Positions 12,801 to 25,800 of a stretch of 64,000 nt of DNA are shown piece after piece; position 1 is the first letter of the stretch, and every line of letters starts with the position of its first letter. The DNA comes from Macrostomum hystrix (lineage: Eukaryota; Animalia; Platyhelminthes), in assembly GCA_950097015.1 (NCBI GenBank), contig CATNEN010000039.1:17732001-17796000 (forward strand), read 5' to 3'. The notes under the pieces are model-generated. The model made no database searches. It was not told where the DNA came from and saw only the letters and a program-made list of their open reading frames with translations. A program made the position numbers and the translations under genes.

Positions 12801-13566
12801 GTTTTACCGCGCTGACTATCCAGGTATTTCTTCAGATCCATTGTCAGATATTCGAACACTAAGAATAGCTTGCCCTCCTGCATTAGCACACTCTGCAGGC
12901 AGACTATGTTAGGATGGTGCAGCTCTTTAAGCAGGGAGACTTCGCGCACAGCCGTGGAGGGCATGCCCTCCTCTTGGCACTCCAAGCGGATCTTCTTCAG
13001 CGCCATGATCTTCTGGTTGCGATTGTTGCGCACCTTGTACACAACGCCGTAGGTACCTGCGGGATGCATAGAAGATTATACTAGTTTGGAGTCAGGTGAG
13101 TGGCAGAGCGGTCTCTCGCACCGAGGTCCCTGAGCTCGATTCCGCGGCGAGACCTCATTTATTTGGGGCGCAGCTGCAGAGAGAAGGCTTGGGAGCTTGT
13201 CGTGCAATTTAAGCCTGACGATGAGAAAGTTAAGGCAGATGTGCACACCTGTGTGAGCCTGCGTACAGTATCTGTGTGTGCTCAGGAGTCAACGGAATGG
13301 ACAGAATTGCCTCCTCGCTGGCTGCGAGTCTGCTGTCACCAAATAATGTGCTATTACCCGCAGTCCTCATGCAATGATTATTATTTATTAAGCCTAAGCT
13401 TTCTCCCAGCGGCTGCAAAATTTGAGAGGATACAAATAGTTTCAAAGCAAAAGTTTCTGGCATATATATATAAGCTTTTGTATTTACCTTCGCCAATTTT
13501 TTCAATCCTGCTGAAATCTTCGATGGCCCATTTCTCCAATTGTTTAGAAGTTGTCTGTGACGACAT
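9842..13566 (-). CDS. CDK1: Cyclin-dependent kinase 1; exons 13566-13488, 13056-12755, 11916-11770, 11258-10950, 10006-9842 (333 aa)
   Basis: [63 protein letters not shown]; all introns GT-AG with matching phases. Confidence 0.93.
10133..10762. repeat. Degenerate ~37-bp minisatellite in CDK1 intron 4
   Basis: GATGGCATGACCTTCTAATGTTACCGTCAACTGTGAA-like units. Confidence 0.85.
11921..12703. repeat. 16-bp minisatellite (GAGACACGGAAGAGAT)n in CDK1 intron 2, flanked by a 12-bp direct repeat
   Basis: AGCAGGCCCTGC at 11909-11920 and 12704-12715. Confidence 0.9.
13093..13390 (+). mobile_element. tRNA-derived SINE in CDK1 intron 1
   Basis: A-box TGGCAGAGCGG, B-box-like GCTCGATTCC, ATT-repeat tail; several copies in the window. 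Confidence 0.7.
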
Positions 13567-15080
13567 TACCTTTCGCGCAAATTGTATTGTTCAATTTGAA
13601 GCACACGTTTTAGTCAAGAATTGATCAAGTCAAGCTTCTCAAACAGTTTGTACTTCTCTTTGTGAAAGAACTCAAAATTCTAAAACACGCGCTGAAAGCA
13701 AGACCAAAAATAATGTAGGTAGCGATTTGAAACGCTTTTTGTTACGGATAAGTCGAAATCAAGCGAATTCTGTCATTCTTGCACCATTTAATAGGAAATT
13801 TAAGAGATAGCTCAGCAAAAACCTAAGTCATAGTTACAATGTAATTACGACTTTCAAATTTGAAGAAAGAATTGTTGAACTTTAGTCAGAATATACGGAG
13901 TTTCAATTTGTCTTTACGACAAAAATTGTTGTCTATGGCTCACGGTGGTGTCTATTTTTAGACCTGAGAAAAGTTGGACTGAACTTGGGATTTTATAATT
14001 TCTAATGCGATTTTAATCTAATGCGACTAAAACAATGTAAAATCAGGAGTCTGAATTAAAAAGATAAACATAATATTGCTACCATTAGGTATCGGACAAG
14101 AAAAAAAACTAGAACATTTGACACATTTTGGCCCAAAATGGATGAAAACAAAAACATTCTTAATCGCGTTTATTTTATTGTCGCTAAATATTAATAAAGT
14201 TCAGACATGAGACATAAAGTTAAGCAATAATTAATAAATACTCACTTAATAACTTCTGCTTCACAAACCCCTAGCATGACTCTATTAAATTAATAATAAA
14301 TCATCTTTATATACGTTACAAAAAAAGCACAACGAAAAGAAAATCAAAATGATGAGTTGTTTAGTAAAAAATCACAAATCGCTATTGCTATAACATATGC
14401 AGATATTGCATGTGAATAAAAATTGTCTAAATTGTAGTCCCTAAACTTAATACTTAAACAATGGGACAATAAAAAGAATTATAATAAGAACATAAAAACT
14501 TATTAGAACTGCACGTTAAACGAATTTTGTTTCCCAAAAACATATTCAGAGTTTATCACTTGTTTCATAAAAAAGAGCAAAAGCCTAACTTGACTACTGC
14601 ACAGTAGTAGTGCGGTGCAGTAGTGTTCGTTTGTTAATTCTTTTATGACAATTTTTTGTTTAAAGTCCAAAAAACACTACTGAATTGAAAGGCCTTCCTA
14701 GTAATCATAACACAATAATAGGCATGAAATGAAATTAATAAACTAGCCACTACTGCACAGGAAGAGTTTTATTAAATTAATTAAATAAGCATTACAAGTA
14801 TACAAACACTTTCGGAGGTTAATCAAAAACACATACTAGCAGCCTGTAGAACACTGGCATACTTGGAATAGTAATCGAGAATATTTACTTTTATACATAT
14901 ATATATACTCAATTTCGAAAAGCAGTCATCGCGAAAATTGTATAAGCTTTTTTGAACTCTAAATTTAACTATTTTTCTTAAGAATGATTATATAGTGAAT
15001 TAAATAGGACAATGGACAAGAAGCCAAAAATTATTGAATTACAATAGAAGTATTTGCTCTGGTGGCTTACTAGAAACTTC

Positions 15081-16611
15081 ACTGAACCACATTAATCAGT
15101 GTCTGATTCAAACTGAACCACATTAATCAGTGTCTGATTCAAACTGAACCACATTAATCAGTGTCTGATTCAAACTGAACCACATTAATCAGTGTCTGAT
15201 TCAAACTGAACCACATTAATCAGTGTCTGATTCAAACTGAACCACATTAATCAGTGTCTGATTCAAACTGAACCACATTAATCAGTGTCTGATTCAAACT
15301 GAACCACATTAATCAGTGTCTGATTCAAACTGAACCACATTAATCAGTGTCTGATTCAAACTGAACCACATTAATCAGTGTCTGATTCAAACTGAACCAC
15401 ATTAATCAGTGTCTGATTCAAACTGAACCACATTAATCAGTGTCTGATTCAAACTGAACCACATTAATCAGTGTCTGATTCAAACTGAACTACATTAATC
15501 AGTGTCTGATTCAAACTGAACCACATTAATCAGTGTCTGATTCAAACTGAACCACATTAATCAGTGTCTGATTCAAACTGAACCACATTAATCAGTGTCT
15601 GATTCAAACTGAACCACATTAATCAGTGTCTGATTCAAACTGAACCACATTAATTAGTGTCTGATTCAAACTGGACTTCATCAATCAGTATCTGATTCAA
15701 ACTGAACTACACTAATCAGTGTCTGATTCAAACTGAACCACATTAATTAGTGTCTGATTCAAACTGGACTGCATCAATCAGTGTCTGATTCAAACTGGAC
15801 TGCATCAATCAGTGTCTGATTCAAACTGGACTGCATCAATCAGTGTCTGATTCAAACTGGACTGCATCAATCAGTATCTGATTCAAACTGGACTTCATCA
15901 ATCAGTATCTGATTCAAACTGGACTGCATCAATCAGTATCTGATTCAAACTGGACTTCATCAATCAGTATCTGATTCAAACTGGACTTCATCAATCAGTA
16001 TCTGATTCAAACTGGACTGCATCAATCAGTATCTGATTCAAACTGGACTTCATCAATCAGTATCTGATTCAAACTGGACTGCATCAATCAGTATCTGATT
16101 CAAACTGGACTGCATCAATCAGTGTCTGATTCAAACTGGACTGCATCAATCAGTGTCTGATTCAAACTGGACTGCATCAATCAGTGTCTGATTCAAACTG
16201 GACTGCATCAATCAGTGTCTGATTCAAACTGGACTGCATCAATCAGTGTCTGATTCAAACTGGACTGCATCAATCAGTGTCTGATTCAAACTGGACTGCA
16301 TCAATCAGTGTCTGATTCAAACTGGACTGCATCAATCAGTGTCTGATTCAAACTGGACTGCATCAAGCATATCTGATTCAAACTGGACTGCATCAATCAG
16401 TGTCTGATTCAAACTGGACTGCATCAATCAGTGTCTGATTCAAACTGGACTGCATCAATCAGTGTCTGATTCAAACTGGACTGCATCAATCAGTGTCTGA
16501 TTCAAACTGGACTGCATCAAGCATATCTGATTCAAACTGGACTGCATCAATCAGTGTCTGATTCAAACTGGACTGCATCAATCAGTGTCTGATTCAAACT
16601 GGACTGCATCA
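15081..16611. repeat. 31-bp minisatellite with internal hairpin AATCAG-TGT-CTGATT, in two variant blocks
   Basis: 5' block ACTGAACCACATTAATCAGTGTCTGATTCAA; 3' block ACTGGACTGCATCAATCAGTGTCTGATTCAA. Confidence 0.95.
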
Positions 16612-16855
16612 AACGAGGCTCTACCACAAAAATTGTTGTGGTTCCATAAACAAAAATGGATGGATCCTATTTAAAATAATCTAAAGTTGGCAAAAATATT
16701 GATTGAAAAATTGACACCATGCAGAGCAAACACTCAAACCAAAAATATAAAATAATGTATAGTTAGCGAAACATTGCACCAACTATTACTTCACGTTGTA
16801 GCTTTTAGCACTATAGTTTCATCACTAGTCTTTATCTTAATCGACACAAAGACTC

Positions 16856-19800
16856 TCACAGAGCTCCAAACGGGTCATTTGAGTTCGTCTGAAACGATCA
16901 GAGATCAATAATCAATAAACTAATTAATTAATATATAAAAAACACACGAGAATTCCAAGCTTTGATTTATATTAGTATTCTTACCACATTGTTAGCCTGA
17001 TACCAGCCGGCTTGCTGCTGCTGCTGCTGCTGCTGCATCTGCAGCGGTGACATTCTAAACGCTGGCTGAGACTGGGTGTGCAAGAAACTCATCGATTGTG
17101 GGCCGTAGGCGGAAGTGACCGGATAAGAGGCCTGTTGCAAAGAATGAAATAGGTCTACGTGATCATGTGCCGCGTGAGTAAAGTGTATAGAAACTCTGGG
17201 AAGCTGGCAGACCAGCTAAAATAATCATGGAAGCTGGCAGACCAACTAAAAGAATCATGGAAGCTGGCAGACCAACTAAAAGAATCATGGAAGCTGGCAG
17301 ACCAACTAACCCGCTAAAAAATAGGGATGTTTCTTTGGGTGATTCCAGTTGGAATCTGCGGTGTTTCCAGAAAAAGAAACAGCCGAACGCTGGAAACTTA
17401 CCAATCGGATGATTCCATGCTTAGAATCTACCCAACTGGGCGTTTTCTCGGTGCTTCTTGGTGGCGAAATGGAATCACCCAAAGAATCATCCAGTTCGGA
17501 AGATTCCATGCTCAGAAACCGCCGAGGAATCGCCCGTAAATAATTCTCTGGTTGTCCCATGGGCCACTGGTTCGGGTGATTCGTCGGCGGTTTCCGTACA
17601 ATTTACGGTTACATCGGCTGCTTCCTGGGTGGTTTCTTTAACTCTTGCGAGATAGGGGGGATTTTGGTAGAATCCACTCCTATTTTGCTTAAAAAAAACC
17701 CGCCGAAGAAGTAGCCGAATTTTCTACAGGGAAAAGAATCATGGAAGCTGGCAGACCAGCTAAAAGAATCATGGAAGCTGGCAGACCAGCTAAAAGAATC
17801 ATGGAAGCTGGCAGACCAGCTAAAAGAATCATGGAAGCTGGCAGACCAGCTAAAAGAATCATGGAAGCTGGCAGACCAGCTAAAAGAATCTGGAAAGCTG
17901 GCACACCAAATAAAAGAATCATGGAAGCTGGTAGACCAGCTAAAAGAATCAACGAAGCTGGCAGAGCAACTAAAAGAATCATGGAAGCTGGCAGACCAAC
18001 TAAAAGAATCAACGAAGCTGGCAGAGCAACTAAAAGAATCTGGAAAGCTGGCAGACCAGCTAAAAGAATCATGGAAGCTGGCAGAGCAACTAAAAGAATC
18101 TGGAAAGCTGGCAGACCAGCTAAAAGAATCATGGAAGCTGGCAGAGCAACTAAAAGAATCTGGAAAGCTGGCAGACCAGCTAAAAGAATCATGGAAGCTG
18201 GCAGACCAGCTAAAAGAATCATGGAAGCTGGCAGACCAGCTAAAAGAATCATGGAAGCTGGCAGACCAGCTAAAATAATCATGGAAAGCTGGCAGACCAG
18301 CTAAAATAATCATGGAAGCTGGCAGACCAGCTAAAATAATCATGGAAGCTGGCAGACCAGCTAAAAGAATCATGGAAGCTGGCAGACCAACTAAAAGAAT
18401 CTGTGAAGCATACTAACCTGTTGTCCCCAGTTAACTGTCGGCCCGGCCGAGATTTTCACACCGACGCCACCGGCGGTGCGACCGGCGCCAATCGGACCAG
18501 AGGTCGACGATGACGCCATCGATGTTGACGACGCTGAAGAGGAACCGCCGACGCCCCAGTTGATAGCGGAAGCCTGCTTATTAGCGCCCTGTCTCATGTT
18601 GAGGTTGCCAACCAGGCTAGCTAGGCTGGAGTCCAGATCGCCGGTCAGTTTGCTAGCGGCGGCACCAGCAGAAGCTGCGGGAGCGGCGTTCAGATCACCT
18701 GGAGCAGATCCTTTATCGGCGCCAACGCTGACAGGCTGCAGGACGGAGCCGAAGGGATCGAAGCCTAGAATTTAGTAGATCAGGGTAAATATTTAGCGAA
18801 CTACATTTAAAAGACAATATTTGAAAACACTCATCGGTGCTCACCATTAGAGTTTTGCGGGGTCGTATTTAACGCAGGAAAATTAGCCACAAACGGCGAA
18901 GCAACTGAAGTGGATGGAGGCCCCTGGAGCTGCTGCTGTTGCTGCTGGACACTCCTTGCTGGCGGCGCTGAATTTTACAACATGCTTATTCACATCATTC
19001 AGATGCTTAACTGGAGATTTCGGATTATAGAGCAATAGCTAGGCCAACCTGCAAACACGATAGGTCAAACTGGGGAGTGGGGAACTGGATAGGTCAAACT
19101 GGGGATCTGGGATGCCGGATTGGTCAAACTGGGGATATGAGATCTGAAAACGGAACTCAAAATCTAAGAACTCAGAACAGAAGATCTGAGACATTCATAC
19201 GACAAAGTTGAGGATCTGGGATTATAATTTGATCAGGGATCTCTCGATATCTTTATGATTATGAATAGACCAAGCTTGTACCTAAAAACGTGCATGGCTA
19301 CTATTTCACATACGTGTCGGGCCACTCATTATCAGAAAGTCATCCATAGACGGAGCAGCCGAAACAGACACTGCGGCGGGTGGAGTAGCAGCAGCAGCCA
19401 CCGTTTTGCGCTTCATCTGCTCAGCTTTGAGTCGGTCTAACTGCTGCTGCTCTTCTAATAGCACCTGGCTCAGCTTTGGCGCGGCCGAAGCAGCGGCCAG
19501 GCTGCTGCTGGAGCCGGACTTGGGAACCGCCGGCGCTGGGACTGTCGAAGCCGCCTGTTGGACACCAGCTGGCCTAGGCCGGCCTTCCAGGTGGGCCAGG
19601 TGAGACGCCATGGCCTCCAGAAATGAGGCCGGATGCTTCTCTAGTCTGGTTATATCGGCTCGTTCAATGCCAATATATTCCGCTACCTAAAAAAAGTAGG
19701 CAACATTTTGCTCGATAAAAACGCTTTATAGACTCTGGAATTCCGATTTGAGCCTAGTTTAGGATCTTTATTACAGTTTATAATTGGGCTTAACAAAGTT

Positions 19801-22800
19801 TTAAGAACATCATAATATATCAAAAAAATTATTTCATCTCCATTTATTTATTACGACTGAAGTCTTAATTTATCAATTCAAAAAGATATACTCTACGCCA
19901 TTCAGAAAGCTTTTCAACTTCAACTTACAGTTGCAAATTAAAAAGCATGGCTAGTGCTAAACTATTGGCAAACCTTAAAGACAACTTTATCAGCATTTTT
20001 AAAAATATTTTAAGCACCCTGATAATCAGCAAAAGTTCAACGCAACCTTCAAATCGAAGCTAATTCAAGGCTCGGCATGAACTTGTATCAATATGAAAAG
20101 TTGCACATTAGTTAAGACTCTTTAACTGTCGTGTGATGCCCTTTCGCTACCCAATAAACAGCTAGCAATATTTAATCCATCAGCGTATAAGCTGTCACCA
20201 TCCATTCCTTCTGCGAATCAGCTGTCACCATCCATTCCTTCTGCGAATCAGCTGTAATCATCCATTCCTTCTGCGAATCAGCTGTCACCATCCATTCCTT
20301 CTGCGAATCAGCTGTCACCATCCATTCCTTCTGCGAATCAGCTGTCACCATCCATTCCTTCTGCGAATCAGCTGTAATCATCCATTCCTTCTGCGAATCA
20401 GCTGTCACCATCCATTCCTTCTGCGAATCAGCTGTCACCATCCATTCCTTCTGCGAATCAGCTGTCACCATCCATTCCTTCTGCGAATCAGCTGTAATCA
20501 TCCATTCCTTCTGCGAATCAGCTGTCACCATCCATTCCTTCTGCGAATCAGCTGTCACCATCCATTCCTTCTGCGAATCAGCTGTTACCATCCATTCCTT
20601 CTGCGAATCAGCTGTAACCATCCATTCCTTCTGCGAATCAGCTGTAACCATCCATTCCTTCTGCGAATCAGCTGTCACCATCCATTCCTTCTGCGAATCA
20701 GCTGTCACCATCCATTCCTTCTGCGAATCAGCTGTAACCATCCATTCCTTCTGCGAATCAGCTGTCACCATCCATTCCTTCTGCGAATCAGCTGTCACCA
20801 ATGATACATAATTTACTCAACCTCACGTTAGACTTGTCTCCCTCTCTCATTACTTAATTAACAATATGCAAACATTTGGTTTTGATCGTGAGTGAAAAAA
20901 TATGTAGCTTATCTCTAACCCAACTCGCAAAGAAGATTGCTGAACCGCTAGCCAGGTATAGCTAGCAAACGAAGTATATAGATAATAAAAAAGTTTTTTT
21001 GCAATGAATCATTCCTTTTCAAAAGCACTCTACAATTATTTTAATCTGAGAATTGTGGAGACTCGACTAAGCGCAAGTCCACAATCCACATGTTTAAAGC
21101 AAATTTAGCAATGCAAATAAGCAGCGAACGTAGAATGAATGGCAAATAATCATACTTAGTAAAGTTATTACAATCAATATATACAGTAGATCTACTCCCA
21201 TATCTACAGTAGTTTACCTTTGAAAACTCGGACAGTCGCTCGCTGCGGGCAATAAACTTTTTATAGATTTCTAAAGATTCTCGGCACTGCTTCTTGGACA
21301 TGCTTTCGAAATACTTAGAAAGCAGGTTAATTATGCCGTCATTGAACGCAATAAACAGCCTAGTGGCGTCCCTGTAGAGTAGAGCAAACGCGGCGCTAAT
21401 AACAGCATTGCTTAGCTCGTTGCCTCGCGCGTCGAAGCTTAGAAGAGAATCGAATTGAGCAATGAGCACTGGCAGGGCTTTGAGCAGCTTCTCAGGCGGC
21501 ATGGTGCGAAGGACTGCGTCCTCTGAGCCGCGTTTTATCTGGGGAGAAAGAAACAATCGCGTAGGGTTTTACATTTTTAACTGGAAACACAGGCAACCCA
21601 ATAGGTGTTTTCTATGAAACAGGTGAAATATGAGCAAAACAGGTGTGTTCTAGGTATGAATAATAATAATAGTAATTGCAGGAATTGCAGGCTGCGGGCA
21701 ATGGCACAGCATTCCGTGACATTAGACCCGCAGCCAGCGAGAAGGTAAGTCTGCCCTTTCCGCTGACTCCTGAGCACACGCTCACATAGGTGTGTACAAG
21801 TGCAATCTCCGCGGCTGCGCCCCAAATAAATGTGGCCTCGACGCGGAATCGAGTTCAGGGCCTTGGTGCGAGAGGCAAGCGTGTTAATCACTCTGCCACT
21901 CACCCACGGTGTTCTGCGTAAATTATAATTGTAACATTGGAAACCCAGCATGTGTTCAAAGTAGCATAATCAAGACAGGTGCTTTTTCTTCCATTCTCAG
22001 AGAGTAGAAAGACTACCTTGCAGAAGTCGTAAGCCAAAGATCTATAAGCGATGGCTTTCTCTTGTACATAGGCGCTGTAGCGACAAATGAAGCGCGACAT
22101 ATCGGCGCCCTGCACGCTAGACTTGTCGGAGAAATTTAACAAAGCAAAGGTACAATTATTGGACGCCAAATATTGGGTGAAACGCTCATTGCCATAGTTC
22201 ATCAGGTGATGAATGCTGATCAGAGATTTGAATACCACAACCCAGTTAGGATGCTTCAGGCGTTCCAGAATTTCATTGGCTAGCTCGGGAATGCTGATGT
22301 TGCCCTCGTTGGTGCATTCGACCAGGTCTGAACATGACGGGAGAATGTTAGGCTGTCAAATCTATTTTGTTGTAACTAGGTACAAAAGTTTGTGCTCACT
22401 CGTAAATCAAATAAAAACTAAAGTCATATGTAGTATTTTAGTTTATTCAAACTAGCAGAAAGATATAAACATGCAGGACTTATCTAGCTATATTAGTGTG
22501 ATGGGTAATGACAGAGAAGCAAAAATTTGCTACAAGTTGCATTCTTTACTTTTTATATAGTTTTCAATTTGATTAGATATATCTTCTAGATGGTATAAAG
22601 GTACCTTTAAGAAGTAAAGTACTTATTTTATAGAAAAAAGTATGTTATAATAAACATAAAAGAAGAAAAAACCATCTTTAGGATATCATAATATATAGCT
22701 ATAATTTTTGTTTAATTTGTCGACAGAGACCTAAATGCTTGACCTCCATATATAACAGTTGACGAAAGGACAAAGATGGATTTGCTTTAACTCTGACTAG

Positions 22801-25800
22801 TAAATAAGCTTGATTAAACTAGCATTCTTTAACAATTCAAGTTCAGAAATGAAACAGATTCATAGTGCTGACATAAGATAGATAAATATGGTACAAAAAA
22901 AACAAACCTTTTGAAACAAGTTTTTCAATGATGAAACCAACCTATTACCATCTGAGAAATTGTATGTATACCATGTGCAAAACATAAAACATTTCCATTG
23001 TTTAGATTTATAAAGAATTACCAGAAATCTTATAAATTGGATAAGAGTATAATTGACTGCATCAAGCTACTTATTACTACAACACAGTATGCACAACAGT
23101 ACTCTAATATAAGTTAACACCTAGCTAGGCCTATATCCTAACCTACAGAAGCCCAAAGTTTCACATTATTTTTGTCATTATGCATGAGTGGCTATGAGTG
23201 GCAAAATTGGAAGGCTAGAATGCATGATAAAATGTTTACTTTGCATACTAGTGAAAACTAAAAAAATTAACTAATAAGACAATAAAACAAAGTCTAATTT
23301 TTTGTTTACAAGCTCATTGTAACAGTCAATACTGCTACATATGCATCATACCCACCTTGAGCACAAAGTGTGTGCTTGCCAAAAATTTAATATTAAGGCA
23401 AGTTAATGCCAACCCATATACCAAATTAGGCAGTTACCACAAATGCACACTCAAAATTTTGGGCATGTACCTATTGAAAAAATGACTTTTTTAAGACACA
23501 TGTTTAGTCCATTTTGAAAATTCTGGTTGGCTTGGCACCATGTTGTGCAGCATACCAATTTCATTCTTTCCAATAGGGTTTCATTGACCAAAGCTGTTGT
23601 TAGCTGTTTTGAACTAAAATTTTATAGTTCCCTGACCAGTGCATGGTCATTAGCTTTGTACAAAAATTCCAATATGATTGAGACAAAAGGTAAATATGTA
23701 ATTTTACACTTCTAATACAAAACTGCATTACCCATTTTAAAAAATATTATTAGATCATAGTAGCAAGGAACCTAAGTCAAATATATAATGCACAGTATAA
23801 GTTATAAAAGAAGTGCAATACAGCCTATGCCTATAAGGGGTTCTGTTCTATCTCATTGTCTACTGCTATCTCATTTGCTAACAAACAAGTTAACTTATAT
23901 ATAGGCAAGTGAAATTCAGTTGGCCAATTTGTCCTTACCTGAAATGAGAAAAAATTGAACCTTGCTATCATTCTAGTATGTGGATGAAAGATCAGCAGAT
24001 TTTTTAGTTCTTTGACTAATTTGAATAGATTTATGTTTCTCTATACTTTATATTTATACTAAAGCACTATAATGCACAAAAGAGACCATTTGCTAAATCA
24101 TTAATATGAAGAGTGAGTTGGCAAGAGAGTACATTGCATAAAAAATGCAGAAAAATTTTATTTGATGGCCATAAGGCCAAGAGATGGGTACAGATCAAAT
24201 CGTCATATTCTAAAACGTCATATGATGATGATGATTTGAGCAAAGTGTCACAATATTCAATTTAATATGATGATCTTGACTATTTGTTCATTGCTCCTTT
24301 TAATTATGAATGTGATTTGAATATTTGATTATGCATAATTCAAACAGTTAATTGATTTAAAGGCAGTTAAAAGTAAATGCAGATAAAAAAGCACTGATAA
24401 AAGCATTAGGTAGTCACAATGAACAGACAAATGCAATATGCAAATATTGCAAATCGTGACAATGCAATAGAAAGGCATGTTTGAGTTACATGTACATAGC
24501 TACATGCACATGCTGAATGAAATTCAGTGCACATGTTATGTAATGTGCAATGTAATTTGAGTGGCTCAAATGACATTATTTTTGTAGAGCCAAGTGAGAC
24601 AAGGCCAAAAATGTATGCTTTCGCTTCGCTTATGCTTTCAACAAAGCTGTTTGCAGAGCCTATAAAATAACAATATGACGACTTCGTTAATGTCACATTG
24701 TCCAATGCGGACAATATAACGATTTAGATAATGTTGTATTTTTTTTCGAAGAGCTTGCGTGCACGGCTGCCGTTCGCCCAAAGCCATACTTGTGTGCACG
24801 GCAGCCATTCACTCAAAGCCATACTTGCGTGCACGGCAGCCGTTCACTCAAAGCCATAATTGTGTGCACGGTCAACATGCAGACATGTGACCATCTGCAC
24901 TACATGCTTGACTTACTTATTAGCTCGTATCACTGAAATGAGTGCGCGTATATAAATGTGATTCGAAGCACTATGTACATACATGCACCATATATCTCAA
25001 ATGATATGCTTGTTCAATTCAAAATTGCATGCAAAGTGAAGTGTACAATGTAGTTCTTTGAGATCAGAGTCGCAGTCACGTACTACTTATACATGTAATG
25101 TACATGTAATGTACGTGATGTGTGTACGTAGTGTAACATACACGTAATGTACATGAGCATATGCATTCCCGAAAACCCAGGAAAATTTGCTTCGAAGGAT
25201 TTGTCACGTCACTGACTTTGTGGCAGTGTTTGTGTATGAACAGTGCGTGTATACCTGTACGGAAAGTCGATGCATGATATGCATACGTTTATGATTTATT
25301 CATTCAACTCCAAATTCACCATCTAGTGGTCCCTGCTTGTAGCATACACTACAAGGGAGGGAGGCAACCTCCCTCCTCGCCACGTTCTCCTTATTTGCAA
25401 TTGTCTGAAGGCAGTGCTTATCCTCACGGTACCGTAGAAATATTTTTTGTCTTATTCCTATGGTACCATGGGAATACTTTCCTGCTTATCCGCACGGCAC
25501 ACTGACGAGATAGCTGTCCTATCTTCAGCTATAGACTTAGAAGGTTTGAGCTATAAGATTAGAAAAATACACACTTCAGTTGTATTCTTTTAAATATATA
25601 AATAATAGAAATATATATTTTATATACTTAAAAAGCCACCATATTGGGTAACTACTTGCGAAAAAAGCAGAAAACTTTAATTTGTTAACTTGCTTTTAAA
25701 AACCGGAAGAAAAAATGAAAATTGCAGTCATGATAAAAAGATAGATGATAGGACAGCTATCTCGTCAGTGTGCCGTGCGGATAAGCAGGAAATTATTCCC

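Noticed and set aside
13213-13236. Hammerhead-like CTGACGA...GAAA in a SINE
   Set aside because: No convincing stems, and the GAAA is not conserved in the copy at about 4507.
15081-16611. CRISPR-like palindromic ~31-bp repeats
   Set aside because: No unique spacers, no cas genes, and a eukaryotic context.
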